Positions 1 through 10,101 of a DNA stretch of 64,000 bases are shown one piece after another. Numbering within the stretch: position 1 is the stretch's first letter; the number at the start of each line of letters is the position of its first letter. The translations under genes and the position numbers were made by a program. Source of the stretch: an uncultured Gemmatimonas sp. (GTDB lineage: Bacteria > Gemmatimonadota > Gemmatimonadetes > Longimicrobiales > Longimicrobiaceae). A model generated the notes under the pieces. The model had not been told where the DNA came from. It was given only the letters and a program-made list of their open reading frames with translations, and ran no database searches. The DNA lies in contig CAZWJE010000004.1 of NCBI GenBank assembly GCA_964634395.1, forward strand, positions 24,733 to 88,732. The letters run 5' to 3'.

Positions 1-1490
1 GACCTTGAGCCCGCCGATCCGGGCGCCGTTCGACGGAGCGCGCGTGAGCGTGGCCGTGATCGGCTCGCCGGCGAGCGTCGACGCCGTGACCATCGTGGGC
101 GAGAGATCGCTGAGGATCGCTTTCTGACGCGCGTCGGCGGGAGCGTCGATCCTGCGGTACACGGGTGAGCCGAACCGGTCCTCGAGCGACCGGTACAACT
201 CGAACGGATCTCGCCCCGTCGTGGCGAGGATCTCCGCGGCCAGCAGGTCGAGGAGGATGCCATCCTTGTCGGTGGTCCAGACAGTTCCGTCACGGCGAAG
301 GAAGGAGGCGCCCGCGCTCTCTTCGCCGCCGAAGGCGAGCCGGGCGCTCAGCAGACCGTCGACGAACCACTTGAAGCCGACCGGGACCTCTTCGAGCCGG
401 CGCCCGAGATCGCGCGCGACGCGGTCGATCATCGAGCTGGTCACGAGAGTTTTTCCGATCCCCGACTCGACGCTCCACTCCGGCCGGTGCGTGAAGAGGT
501 ACTCGATCGCCACCGCCAGGTAATGGTTCGGGTTGAGGAGCCCGCCCCCGCGGGTGACGATTCCATGCCTGTCCGCGTCGGGATCGTTGCCGAACGCCAG
601 ATCGAAACGGTCGCGCGATTCGATCAGACCCGCCATGGCGTATTTCGACGAACAATCCATCCGGATCCTGCCGTCGCGGTCGACCGGCATGAACGAGAAC
701 GTGGGGTCGATACGCGGGTTGGTGACCTCGATATCGAGGCCGTAACGTTCCGCGATCGGTTCCCAGAACCCCGCGCTCGCTCCGCCCATCGGGTCGGCGC
801 CGATGCGCGGCCCCGCCGACCGGATCGACGCCATGTCGATGACGTTCCCCAGATCCTCGACATACCGGTCCGTGAAGTCGTACTCGGCGGTGGTCGGCAG
901 GTCGAGCGCCGTTCGCAGGGAAAGCCGGGGGACGCGGTGCCAGCTATCGAGGACACGGTTGGCTCGCTCCTCGATCTTCCTCGTGACCGCGGTATCGGCG
1001 GGGCCTCCGCTGGGTGGGTTGTATTTGAACCCCCCGTCTTCGGGCGGATTGTGAGAGGGCGTGATCACCACCCCATCGGCAAGGTCCTCGGAACGGCCAC
1101 GATTGTGGGAGAGGATCGCGTGTGAAACGGCTGGCGTGGGAGTGTAGCCGAGTCCCGGCGCGATGCGGAGTTCGAGCCCGCGCGCCGCGAACACCTCGAT
1201 CGCCGTGACCTGCGCCGCCTCCGAAAGCGCGTGTGTATCAACACCCAGGAAGAGCGGGCCGGTGATCTCCTGATCTCGCCGATAATCACAGATCGCCGAC
1301 GCGATCGCGACGACGTGCCCTTCATTGAAGGTCGAATCCAGCGAAGTCCCCCGATGCCCGGAGGTCCCGAACGCCACGCGCTCGCCCGCCACGGCGGGAT
1401 CGGGTTCCCCGGCGTAGTACATCGTCATCAGACGCGGGACGTTCACCAGCAGTTCGGTCGGTGCCGGTTTCCCGGCCAGGTCACTCACCA
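1..1490 (-). CDS. pgm: Phosphoglucomutase (alpha-D-glucose-phosphate specific), C-terminus cut by window edge
   Basis: Minus-strand translation from the ATG at 1488-1490 gives [28 protein letters not shown]...AFGTSGHRG, then a TPSHNP-type phosphoserine loop and [13 protein letters not shown]. This matches the Pgm family N-terminus. The ORF track omits it because it runs off the window start. Confidence 0.8.
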
Positions 1491-2089
1491 TCGTCGCTAT
1501 CTCCGATACCGGGTTCGCTGTCGTTCTCCGGATAGAATCCCTGTTCCAGCGCGTCGAACAGCGCGGCCGCCGCGATCGCGTAGGCGAACGACTCGTTCTC
1601 GTCGGAAAGCTGGCGGCGCAGCTCGAGATCCTCGGACCGGTCAGCCGTTTCGTTCAGCCGGTCGACGAGCCGCTCACGCGACGTCGGTCCGACGGAATTG
1701 GCGAGCAGGATCATGGCGCGAGAGAGCAGGGCGGGGGAGATCTCGGCGAGGGTGTCGAGCGCGAGCCGCATTACGGCGCCGGGCCCCTCACCGTACAGTT
1801 CACCGGCGGTACGCAACGTCTCCGCCCGACGATGTCGTACCGTTTCGAGCCACCCCGCGTCGACGGCGGGTGTCAACCAGGCCGCGAGGTCGAGCTGGAC
1901 CGCGCGGTCCAGGAGGTGCAGCTCACCCGGTTTCCATTCACCATCGGGGGTCCGGGCCCGGGTGCCGAGCGCGATTCGCCCGTCCCGGAGTCGTTCGGCG
2001 ACGAGGATCACCGGTGGATCCTCCGAGATTTGTGCCTGGAATCCGCCCCACCGTGCTCGTTCATCCATTCGCTGGCCCGGCCCTTTCAT
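1481..2089 (-). CDS. Hypothetical protein (202 aa), acidic C-terminus
   Basis: Clean ORF with a 10-bp overlap onto the pgm start. No motif I recognise. Confidence 0.4.
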   Translation of the reverse strand: MKGPGQRMDERARWGGFQAQISEDPPVILVAERLRDGRIALGTRARTPDGEWKPGELHLLDRAVQLDLAAWLTPAVDAGWLETVRHRRAETLRTAGELYGEGPGAVMRLALDTLAEISPALLSRAMILLANSVGPTSRERLVDRLNETADRSEDLELRRQLSDENESFAYAIAAAALFDALEQGFYPENDSEPGIGDSDDGE

Positions 2090-2132
2090 TTCGATCTCTG
2101 GCGACGGGTCTTCTCTCTCTGGCGACGGGTCT

Positions 2133-2567
2133 TCACTCGCGGTCGTCGGCCCCTGAAGCGTCAGTTCCCCCGGCGAAGCGCCTGACTCCCATCCAGGCGA
2201 TTCCGGCCCCGACCGCGATCAGCACGAGCCCGACGATCAGCGAGGAGAGCCAGTAGCGGCCGTCGAGCAGTACTCCGAGGCCGATCACCAGGAACTCCAC
2301 GAACACGAGCACCCCAATGACGACGATAGCCGCGCCGGTCGCGCTCAGCGACGCGTCGAGCGCGAATCGCTGGAGCCTTTCGCCGACTTCGAGCCGCGCC
2401 ATCCGTACTTCCAGACGGACGAGATTCATCCCGTCGTTCACCAGGCCGCGCACGAGGCGGAGCAGGGGAAGCCGATCCGATTCCGTATCTGGAGGCTGGC
2501 TTCCGGATGGGTGAATCATCTCGTCTGAATTCGGGTTCGGTGGCTCATGGCCGCGTTTCGCGACCAC
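2133..2567 (-). CDS. Membrane protein of the putative holin-X / phage holin superfamily III-like family
   Basis: 144 aa. LVRGLVNDGMNLVRLEVRMARLE amphipathic segment followed by a long hydrophobic hairpin (AAIVVIGVLVFVEFLVIGLGVLL...LSSLIVGLVLIAVGAGIAWM). This is the typical Phage_holin_3_6-like architecture. Confidence 0.45.
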   Translation of the reverse strand: MVAKRGHEPPNPNSDEMIHPSGSQPPDTESDRLPLLRLVRGLVNDGMNLVRLEVRMARLEVGERLQRFALDASLSATGAAIVVIGVLVFVEFLVIGLGVLLDGRYWLSSLIVGLVLIAVGAGIAWMGVRRFAGGTDASGADDRE

Positions 2568-2649
2568 CGGGTCCGCCCGTTGCGGCGGTTCCCGGGGCGA
2601 AATACCTTACCCTATCTGGCCGTTACGGGGAAGAGAGGCGGAAGCTTTC

Positions 2650-3111
2650 ATGAAACGCGAATGGCACCATTCCGCGGGTGTGATCGTTTTCCGTGACGAG
2701 TCGCCCCGGTCGTATCTGCTCATGCGCTCGGCGGTCACCAAGCGCCCCGTGTGGGAGTTCCCGAAGGGCGCCCTCGAAACGGGCGAAACCGAAATCGAGG
2801 CGGCCGCACGCGAACTCGAAGAGGAAACGGGGCTCGGCTCGGGAGACTATACCCTTCTCGACGGTTTCCACGAAGAGGAGTGGTACTACTTCACGCGTCG
2901 ATCGGGTGACGACGTTCGCCTCATTCGCAAACGGGTCGCCTATTTCCTCGCCGAATGGCGCAGCGGAGAGGTCCAGGTCTCGCGGGAAGCATCGCGCCAT
3001 GAGTGGGCCGATGCCGAGACCGCCTTACGCATGATCAGATTCCCCGAGAAACGGCGGATCCTCGCCCGGGCCGAGGAATGGCTCACCCAGCGGGAAGGTC
3101 AACCGGGCTGA
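2650..3111 (+). CDS. NUDIX hydrolase
   Basis: Nudix box [23 protein letters not shown] (GX5EX7REUXEEXGU). Confidence 0.8.
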   Translation: MKREWHHSAGVIVFRDESPRSYLLMRSAVTKRPVWEFPKGALETGETEIEAAARELEEETGLGSGDYTLLDGFHEEEWYYFTRRSGDDVRLIRKRVAYFLAEWRSGEVQVSREASRHEWADAETALRMIRFPEKRRILARAEEWLTQREGQPG

Positions 3112-4439
3112 CCGCGCCGGTCGGAGTGGCCGGTCGCGATCGCCCGGACTTCCGCCGCGGCGATCGCGTCGCCAGCGTCCCACTCGGGCAGGCGGATCAC
3201 GAACTGGCTTCCGCCACCCAGGCGGCTCTGTACCTCGATCCGTCCCCCATGCCGCTCGGCGAGCAGCCGAGCGATCGCCAGGCCCAGGCCCGTTCCGCCC
3301 GACTGGCCGCGCGCCGCGTCGCCCCGGTAGAATCGGTCGAACACGCGCGCGAGCTCTTCGGGGGCGATCCCCACGCCGGTGTCGACCACGCGGACTTCCA
3401 CCCACCCCTGATGGTTCGCGTCGACCGTGCGTTTCGCGGTCAGCGTGACTGAACCTTCCGGTGTGAACTTGACGGCGTTCGACACCAGGTTCAGGAATAT
3501 CTGCCGGAGCTGGCCGGCGTGGCCCGCGACGACGAGCCGTTCGGAGGAGCGCAACTCGACGCGCAGATCCTTCCCCGCCGCCAGCATCTGCCCCATCTCC
3601 ACCACGTCCTCGAGCAGCGGAGTGATCTCGACGGCGTCGCGAGGCGTCGCCTGCCGGTCCTCCTCGCTTCGCGCGAGGGTGAGCAGGCCATCGACCAGGT
3701 GAAGCATCCACTCCGTTTCCTCGTTGACGTCCGCGAGGGTTTCACGGAGCTCGTCGGCCGTACGTTCCCGGGAGAGGGCGACCTGAACGCTCCCCTGGAT
3801 CGAGGTCAACGGGGTTCGCAGTTCGTGGCTGGCGTCCGCCGTGAAGCGACGAAGGGCTTCGACGGCGTGCTCGAGACGCATAAGCATGCCGTTCACCGAA
3901 TGCGCCAGGTCGCGCAGGTCCGAAGGGGCTCGCGGTTCCGGTACGCGACGGGAGAGCCCGCCAATCCCGATCTCGCGCGTGGTTTCCACGAGCCGGCGGA
4001 GTGGGTCGAGCAGGCGCTCGAGAAGCACGCCCCCGCCGAGCGCGGCGGCACCCGCGGTGAGGGGGATGAGCAAGAGGGAGATGATCAGGAACGACCGGAG
4101 CGCCCGGCCTTCCACATCGCCCGCCGGGGTTACCGCGACCGTGAAGACCTCGTTCGTCGCGAGCACCGTCTGCCGACGGAGTGATCGGACCGACTCACCT
4201 TGCGCGTTCTGATAGGTGACGAACTCCTCGGCGGTTTCCAGTCGTGGGATCCGCGGCGGGATGGCGACGTTCTCGACCGCCTGCGCCGTCTGGCGGAGCG
4301 ATTCCTCTTCGGCGGCCGCCAGCGTCCGCGAGAGGAGGAAGTAGGCGGCGGTCGCGAAGAGGCCCAGCGCCACGACCAGCACCAGCGAGTACCAGACGAG
4401 GATCTCGCGCCGGAGCGAAACACCCGAGGCGCGGTTCAT
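3099..4439 (-). CDS. Sensor histidine kinase (2 TM, HAMP, HisKA, HATPase_c)
   Basis: H-box [12 protein letters not shown], the N/G1/G2 boxes ([25 protein letters not shown]), and an N-terminal TM segment. It overlaps the response-regulator gene by 4 bp. Confidence 0.85.
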   Translation of the reverse strand: MNRASGVSLRREILVWYSLVLVVALGLFATAAYFLLSRTLAAAEEESLRQTAQAVENVAIPPRIPRLETAEEFVTYQNAQGESVRSLRRQTVLATNEVFTVAVTPAGDVEGRALRSFLIISLLLIPLTAGAAALGGGVLLERLLDPLRRLVETTREIGIGGLSRRVPEPRAPSDLRDLAHSVNGMLMRLEHAVEALRRFTADASHELRTPLTSIQGSVQVALSRERTADELRETLADVNEETEWMLHLVDGLLTLARSEEDRQATPRDAVEITPLLEDVVEMGQMLAAGKDLRVELRSSERLVVAGHAGQLRQIFLNLVSNAVKFTPEGSVTLTAKRTVDANHQGWVEVRVVDTGVGIAPEELARVFDRFYRGDAARGQSGGTGLGLAIARLLAERHGGRIEVQSRLGGGSQFVIRLPEWDAGDAIAAAEVRAIATGHSDRRGQPG

Positions 4440-5113
4440 CCTTCCCTCTCCGACGCGCGGACGATATAGCCGACGCCGCGCACCGTCTGGATCAGGTCGC
4501 GGTCCGGCTGCAACTTGTTGCGCAGCGAGTTGATGAAGACGTCGACCACGTTGGTCCCAGGGTCGAAGCGGATCCCCCAGACGTGTTCCATCAGCGTGGC
4601 TCGGGTGAGGGGACGGTTGACGTTGCGGAGCAGGTATTCGAGGAGCGCGAACTCCTTGGGCGTCAGCGAGACGAGTTCGCCGCCGCGGCGGACTTCCCGG
4701 GTCGCGGGGTCGAGTTCGACCGTGCCCGCGCGCAGCACCGGCGCGGCCTGACCCCCCGAGCGGCGGAGCAGGGCGCGCAGCCGAGCGGTCAGTTCCGTGA
4801 AGTCGAAAGGCTTGGTGAGGTAGTCGTCCGCCCCGGCGTCGAGGCCTTCGATCTTGTCGTCGATCCGGTCACGGGCCGTGAGGAGCAGGATGGGGATCGA
4901 CTTGCCGGCTTCGCGCAGATCACGCACGAGTTCCAGGCCGCCGCGGCCGGGAAGCATGACGTCGACGACGGCGGCGTCGAAGTCCTGTTCCGAGGCGATT
5001 TCGTAGGCCGCGTCGCCATCTCCCGCGGTCACGACGGAATATCCCTCTTCGGTCAGGCCCTTGCGGAGAAACGCGGCGATTCGCTGACTGTCCTCGACGA
5101 CGAGTATTCGCAT
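4436..5113 (-). CDS. OmpR/PhoB-family response regulator (REC + winged helix)
   Basis: [16 protein letters not shown]...D53-like DVMLPGRGG...LLLTARD...KPFDFTEL, and a C-terminal trans_reg_C (RVGYIV). Confidence 0.9.
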   Translation of the reverse strand: MRILVVEDSQRIAAFLRKGLTEEGYSVVTAGDGDAAYEIASEQDFDAAVVDVMLPGRGGLELVRDLREAGKSIPILLLTARDRIDDKIEGLDAGADDYLTKPFDFTELTARLRALLRRSGGQAAPVLRAGTVELDPATREVRRGGELVSLTPKEFALLEYLLRNVNRPLTRATLMEHVWGIRFDPGTNVVDVFINSLRNKLQPDRDLIQTVRGVGYIVRASEREG

Positions 5114-5158
5114 GAGATTCGGCAGTGGCGCGCCGCCAACGGATCGGAGGCGATTGGA

Positions 5159-5197
5159 TTAATCCTGGTTAATCGAACGCTAATCGCCCGCTAATCG
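5159..5197. promoter_or_regulatory. Four direct TAATC(G) repeats at ~10.5-bp spacing in the divergent RR/htrA promoter; candidate response-regulator binding sites
   Basis: ggaTTAATCctggTTAATCgaacgCTAATCgcccgCTAATCgggg. Repeat starts are at 5160, 5170, 5181 and 5192. The region is AT-rich relative to the ~68% GC background. Confidence 0.4.
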
Positions 5198-5293
5198 GGG
5201 CCAGGAACCGCGCTCTCCACGAGCGGGTAGCACCCCACGAGACGAGGTGAATCCGTTCCGGTTACCCCGTGCATTCGGAGGAGAATACAGGGC

Positions 5294-6799
5294 ATGAACA
5301 GAATCGTTCGCACACTCGCGATCCCGACCGCCCTGGTGGTCGGCATCGGCGTAACGGCCACGGCGATGCAGTCGGTACAGGAGCCGGTCGCCTTGCTGGA
5401 CGCCCAGGCGCTCGTCGAGCCGGACCTCGCGGGCGGCGCGGAGTCGCTGGCGACTTCGTTCCGGACGGCGAGCCGGACGGCGCTTGCCGGTGTCGTTCAC
5501 GTCCAGGTCGAATCGTTACCGCGACAGGTGAGCCAGCAGGGCGGCGGGAACCCGTTCGAAGGGACTCCGTTCGAGGATTTCTTCGGAGACGATTTCTCGC
5601 GCGGGACGCCGCGGCAGCCGGCGCCGCGTAACGGCAGCGGTTCCGGTTTCATCATCAGCCCTGACGGTTATCTGATCACGAACAACCACGTCGTCGAAAA
5701 CGCGACGCGGGTGACCGTGACCATGACCGATCGGCGCCAGTTCGAGGCCACCGTGGTCGGCCGCGACCCCAATACCGATGTCGCGGTGCTGAAGATCGAC
5801 GGCAATGACCTGCCGACCGTGGAGATCGGTGACTCGGACGCCCTCCAGGTCGGCGACTGGGTGCTCGCCCTTGGCTACCCGCTCTCGCTGGGAGAGACGG
5901 TCACCGCCGGGATCGTGAGCGCGAAGGGCAAGAATATCGGTATCATGCAGCAGAACGAGGAGGCCGCCGCACCACTCGAGCACTTCATCCAGACGGACGC
6001 GGCGATCAACCCGGGCAACTCCGGCGGTCCGCTCGTCAATCTTCGGGGTGAGGTCATCGGAATCAACTCGGCGATCGCTTCGCCGACGGGCACGTATTCG
6101 GGCTATGGCTTCGCGGTGCCGATCCGTCTCGCCAAGCGGGTCGCCGACGACCTGATCGCCTACGGCGTCGTTCATCGGCCGCGGCTCGCGGTCCAGATCA
6201 CCAATGTCTCGCCGGCGGACATCGAGGTGTTCGGCCTGCCGAGCCCGGACGGCGCGGTGGTCACGACGATTCAGGATGGACCCGCGAAGGAAGCCGGTAT
6301 TCGGGCGGGTGACGTGATCGTCGGCGTCGACGGCCAGCGGATCCGTGACACTGGCGATCTCATGGAGCGTGTGGCGCTGCGCAACCCGGGCGAGAGAATC
6401 ACCCTCGAGGTGATTCGCTACGGCAAACGGGAAACCGTTCCGGTGACGCTCGGCGCCTTCGAGAACACGGTGCCGGAGCCGCCCCGGGCGGCCACGGAGC
6501 CGGAGCGGGACGCGGCGGCTCAACTCGGGTTCTCGGCGGCCGAACTCACGCCGAACCTCGCCCGTCAGATGCAACTGCGGGATACCGGCGGCGGCGTGGT
6601 GATCACCGGCGTGGAGCGTGGTGGTCCGGCGCCACAGCAGCTGATCCGTCTCCGTATCGAAAGCATCAATGGCCGTTCGATCGGGTCGGTCGATGACATT
6701 CGCGAGGCCGCCCGCGGACTCCAGACGGGCGCCACGGTTTCGATCCGCGGCGTGAATCCGGCCGGTGAGGAGACGGTGATCAACTACAGGCTCCGATAA
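5294..6799 (+). CDS. htrA: Periplasmic serine endoprotease DegP/HtrA family (trypsin-like domain + 2 PDZ)
   Basis: Signal peptide, catalytic-triad context (NNHVV, D...VAVLKI, GNSGGPLVN), and two PDZ-like segments. Confidence 0.9.
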   Translation: MNRIVRTLAIPTALVVGIGVTATAMQSVQEPVALLDAQALVEPDLAGGAESLATSFRTASRTALAGVVHVQVESLPRQVSQQGGGNPFEGTPFEDFFGDDFSRGTPRQPAPRNGSGSGFIISPDGYLITNNHVVENATRVTVTMTDRRQFEATVVGRDPNTDVAVLKIDGNDLPTVEIGDSDALQVGDWVLALGYPLSLGETVTAGIVSAKGKNIGIMQQNEEAAAPLEHFIQTDAAINPGNSGGPLVNLRGEVIGINSAIASPTGTYSGYGFAVPIRLAKRVADDLIAYGVVHRPRLAVQITNVSPADIEVFGLPSPDGAVVTTIQDGPAKEAGIRAGDVIVGVDGQRIRDTGDLMERVALRNPGERITLEVIRYGKRETVPVTLGAFENTVPEPPRAATEPERDAAAQLGFSAAELTPNLARQMQLRDTGGGVVITGVERGGPAPQQLIRLRIESINGRSIGSVDDIREAARGLQTGATVSIRGVNPAGEETVINYRLR

Positions 6800-6846
6800 C
6801 CGCCGACTCCGGCGCTCACGCGATTTCACGTCGGATGATATGACAC

Positions 6847-6892
6847 GGAAGGCCCGGGGATGACTCCCGGGCCTTCCGTGTCTTTCCTTTTC
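6847..6892 (+). terminator. Rho-independent terminator after htrA
   Basis: ggaaggcccggg-gatgactc-ccgggccttcc followed by gtgtctttccttttc. Confidence 0.55.
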
Positions 6893-7008
6893 ATCCCCTT
6901 GGCCTCCGGCCCGGCGTTGGTGACTCGAATCATCGGTCGCGAGGTCTTTCCGCCCGCTTTCTGAGTCGTCGGCTCCGCGCGCCATCCGCGAAGGCACCCG
7001 GCGTGTTT

Positions 7009-7890
7009 TCAGCCGCGAAGGCCCCGAAGTACCGCGAGATTCCGTCGATCACTCGCGGTCGGATCGTCCTGCTTCGGTGTCTCGAGGAGCATCGGAAGGT
7101 CCTGGAAGCGTTCGTCGTTGACCAGGTTACGAAACCCCTCCAGTCCGATGTACCCTTCTCCGATCCATGCGTGGCGGTCGACCGCCGAGCCGAGTTTTCC
7201 CTGGCTGTCATTCAGATGCCAGACGTGGACTCGGCCCACGCCGATGAGATCGTCCAGCCGTGCCGTCACCTCTTCCCAGGAATTGGTGATGTCGTAGCCC
7301 GCCGCATAGAGGTGACAGCTGTCGAGGCAGATGCCGACACGCTCCGCGAACCCGGTCCCGTGTTGCTCGATCGCGCGGAGCATCGCCGCCAGTTCCTCGA
7401 AGGTGCTGCCCAGAATCGATCCCTTGCCGGTCGTGACCTCGAGGCAGATCCTCGTCGTGGAGTCGGGCGTCTCCTGGAGTACCGTCGCGATCGCGTCCGC
7501 GAGTCGGGCGACACCCGAGGGCCGGTCGCCGTCCGTCGCCGCGCCCGGGTGGAGCACCAACTGCGCGGCGCCGATCGTCGTACACCGCCGATACTCCGCC
7601 GCCAGGCTCGCCGCCGACTGCTCCTGGAGCTTCTCGTTTGGCGACGCCACGTTGATCAGATATGACGCGTGCACCGTGGTCCCCACGATCCCGTGCGTCT
7701 CGCACGCCGCCCGATACGCCGCGCCTTCCGTCTCGCTGAACTCAGGCTCCGCCCACCGCTGCGGTACCTTCGTGAAGATCTGAGCCCAACGGCTCCCGAT
7801 CTCTCGTGCCCGGGCCGGCGCGGTCGATACGCCGCCGCTGACGGATACGTGAGCACCGAACAGGTCGTCGATCGCAGCGGTTTCTGTCAC
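7009..7890 (-). CDS. nfo: Endonuclease IV (deoxyribonuclease IV)
   Basis: LFGAHVSVSGG...HASYLINVASP...HLNDSQGKLGSAVDRHAWIGEGYIG all match the Nfo family. GTG start at 7888-7890 with GGGAG 6 nt upstream. The 461-aa ORF in the track is an upstream read-through extension. Confidence 0.8.
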   Translation of the reverse strand: MTETAAIDDLFGAHVSVSGGVSTAPARAREIGSRWAQIFTKVPQRWAEPEFSETEGAAYRAACETHGIVGTTVHASYLINVASPNEKLQEQSAASLAAEYRRCTTIGAAQLVLHPGAATDGDRPSGVARLADAIATVLQETPDSTTRICLEVTTGKGSILGSTFEELAAMLRAIEQHGTGFAERVGICLDSCHLYAAGYDITNSWEEVTARLDDLIGVGRVHVWHLNDSQGKLGSAVDRHAWIGEGYIGLEGFRNLVNDERFQDLPMLLETPKQDDPTASDRRNLAVLRGLRG

Positions 7891-8115
7891 GTGCTTTCTC
7901 CCTGGATAAAGGCTTCCGCCAGCGTCACTGGCCGATGTGCCGGATCGTGCCGTCGTCATCCCGGCGACCCGATCCGCGCGGATCGCCCGGCCCCGGGCGA
8001 AGATGGGAATCGTACGGACGCGGCGCCGGCCGGGAAAGATCGCGAACACGTCGACCATCGCGACGACGTGCTTGACAGCGGCGCGAGCGGACCACACCTT
8101 GGCGTTCGATGTTTG

Positions 8116-8132
8116 AGAATGAGTTTCATTCT
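8116..8132. promoter_or_regulatory. Perfect 7-3-7 palindrome AGAATGA-GTT-TCATTCT ~63 bp upstream of the lipoprotein/HmuY-like/TBDR operon; candidate metalloregulator operator
   Basis: gtTTGAGAATGAGTTTCATTCTtaac in an AT-rich patch. The same core recurs upstream of feoB (14784-14800). Confidence 0.4.
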
Positions 8133-8194
8133 TAACTGGCGCTGGCCGATTCGGGCCGGCTGAACGTTTTTCGATCCGGGGGGGAGAGCATCGT

Positions 8195-9448
8195 ATGGAA
8201 TCCATCACGCCGCGCGTCGCGCGGCTCGCGCTCGCGGGCATCGTCCTGGCGAGCGTGGCGGGGTGCGGCGAGGACGTAGTCGGCCCGAAGGCCGACGTCA
8301 CTATCTGCACGACGAGCATCACGTCGGCCAACGCCGACACCTTCGTGGAGCTCTGCTCGCTCACGAATCCGGTTCGCCACGTACGGATCGACAATCTCAG
8401 CGCGCCGGCGACCCATGCGTTCTCGCAGATCGTGTTCGGCTTCCGTACACCGCCGGAGGCGACGCAGGGTCCTCTCGGCGCGGGTCAGTACAGGGTGCTC
8501 TTCTATGGAGGCGGAGTTCCCGCGCCGCCCGCTCTGGTGGATCTGACGTACGGTTCCGCGTCCGAGACGCTGGCGGGGCCGGCGGCGTTCATCAACGCGG
8601 GCGCGACGGTGTGTTTCGATCTGCATGACGGGAGCGCGACGGCCGCGCCGGCGTTCGTGCTCTGGGTCTCGGGGGAGCGCGGCGCGAACTGCGCCGACCG
8701 GAGCACGCTGACCGCGGCGACGGCGTTCGGAGTTCGGGCGGATTGGGACGGGCTGACGGGCGCGATCGACAAGCAGGCACACACCTATTTCAGGCAGTCG
8801 GTCGTGTCCGGGACGGGGCCGTCGATCACCCTCTCGGATGAGGCCGTGCTCAGCGCTGAGCAGATCGCGAGCGCGACGGCGTGCACGACCGCCTGGAGCG
8901 CGAACACCGACTGGCAGCGGCTCTGCGCTCCGGCGACCGGGACCGTCCGCCACGTGCGGCTCGAAGGGGTCGAGGCGACGGCGAACAACAGCTATTTCTA
9001 CGCGATCCTCGGGCAGGACCCCGATCCGACGGGCAACCCGGCGGCCTCGGCCGGCAAACTGATCGTCACGGGTGGCCGTTCGCACTCGGGGACGTCCTGG
9101 ACGTGGTTCCGCTTCGGTGGCGGTAGCACGACGCAGTTCAGCTATGAGGGAGACGGCGGCGCCGGGCTCTACGTCGACGGTCCGACCACGATCTGTTTCG
9201 ATCTGGGGACGGCCTCGGGTGGGCGTGCCCGGTTCGTCTTCTGGGCGACAGGCGCCAACCAGGCCGACTGCGCCGACCGTTCGACGCTCACGCTCGAACG
9301 CGCGCTCTATGACAGTTCGACGGACCCCTCGACCGCGGATATCTGGGACGCGGCGTACGTGACGGGCAAGCTCAACTTCGTGAAGACGAACACCACGAAC
9401 GTCGGGGTGGGGAACGTGGTCGTTTCTTCGGAAGCGGCGGTGCTCTGA
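8195..9448 (+). CDS. Lipoprotein with an internally duplicated domain (hypothetical)
   Basis: Lipobox LASVAGC. Two homologous halves: NPVRHVRIDNLSA...TVCFDLHDGSATAAPAFVLWVSGERGANCADRSTLT versus GTVRHVRLEGVEA...TICFDLGTASGGRARFVFWATGANQADCADRSTLT. The stop overlaps the next start (TGATG). Confidence 0.6.
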   Translation: MESITPRVARLALAGIVLASVAGCGEDVVGPKADVTICTTSITSANADTFVELCSLTNPVRHVRIDNLSAPATHAFSQIVFGFRTPPEATQGPLGAGQYRVLFYGGGVPAPPALVDLTYGSASETLAGPAAFINAGATVCFDLHDGSATAAPAFVLWVSGERGANCADRSTLTAATAFGVRADWDGLTGAIDKQAHTYFRQSVVSGTGPSITLSDEAVLSAEQIASATACTTAWSANTDWQRLCAPATGTVRHVRLEGVEATANNSYFYAILGQDPDPTGNPAASAGKLIVTGGRSHSGTSWTWFRFGGGSTTQFSYEGDGGAGLYVDGPTTICFDLGTASGGRARFVFWATGANQADCADRSTLTLERALYDSSTDPSTADIWDAAYVTGKLNFVKTNTTNVGVGNVVVSSEAAVL

Positions 9449-10101
9449 TGGGCGTCGAGAGCAATCGGGAAGACGGTCGACGGAGGTCAGGGGGAACGAC
9501 CGCGCGAGATCGACGAAGATTCTCGCGGTGGACCGCGATTCTCTGCCTGGCCGCGGCGCCGATCGTCGCGGCGGGTTGCTCGGACAGCGCCACGGGGCCG
9601 GAAAGGGACGACGCGCCGCCGACCTTCACGGTTGACGCTTCCAAGGATACGATCTACATCGCCCTTGGAAGCTCACCCCGGACGCTGTCCGTCGTCGATC
9701 CGGCGACGTCGACCGATTGGGATCTGGCGATCTTCGCCACGGAGATCACGGCGAACGGCGGTGAAGCGGGGCCGGGCGGAGTGACGGTTCACTGTGTCTG
9801 CCAGAACGCCGGCGCGACCGATGCGCGGATCACCGCGATGACGGCCGAGTCGGAGTTGCCGGCGTTCGCCGCCTTCACGGCCGCCGGCATTCCGCCGGCG
9901 GGAGCGGCCTGGAGCCCGACGGCGATCGTCGACAATCCGTGGTACTGGTACGATTTCGATGCCCACTTCATCTACTCTACGTTCAACGTATACCTGTTGA
10001 AGCGCGGATCCACGGTATACAAGCTTCAGTTTACCGGATATTACGGGCCGAGCGGTCAATCGCGGATAGTCCAGTTCCGCTATGAAACATTGGTGAACTG
10101 A
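9448..10101 (+). CDS. Lipoprotein, possibly HmuY-like (putative haem/iron-binding), translationally coupled to TBDR
   Basis: Lipobox VAAGC. ~200 aa, placed directly upstream of a TonB-dependent receptor with overlapping stop/start codons at both ends. The HmuY-like call rests on size and context only. Confidence 0.4.
   Translation: MGVESNREDGRRRSGGTTARDRRRFSRWTAILCLAAAPIVAAGCSDSATGPERDDAPPTFTVDASKDTIYIALGSSPRTLSVVDPATSTDWDLAIFATEITANGGEAGPGGVTVHCVCQNAGATDARITAMTAESELPAFAAFTAAGIPPAGAAWSPTAIVDNPWYWYDFDAHFIYSTFNVYLLKRGSTVYKLQFTGYYGPSGQSRIVQFRYETLVN

Noticed and set aside
290-1125. ORFs 290-655(-), 487-1125(+), 533-745(+), 624-956(-)
   Set aside because: Arg/Pro-rich, low-complexity translations antisense to or out of frame with the phosphoglucomutase gene. 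These are typical high-GC shadow ORFs.
3003-4469. Multiple 80-230 aa ORFs overlapping the histidine kinase gene on other frames
   Set aside because: All are R/G/P-rich with no motifs; the HK frame has full H/N/G1/G2 boxes.
7009-8394. 461-aa ORF as a single protein
   Set aside because: Only the C-terminal ~293 aa match endonuclease IV. An internal GTG with a good SD at 7890 fits the family length, and the upstream part is low-complexity read-through.
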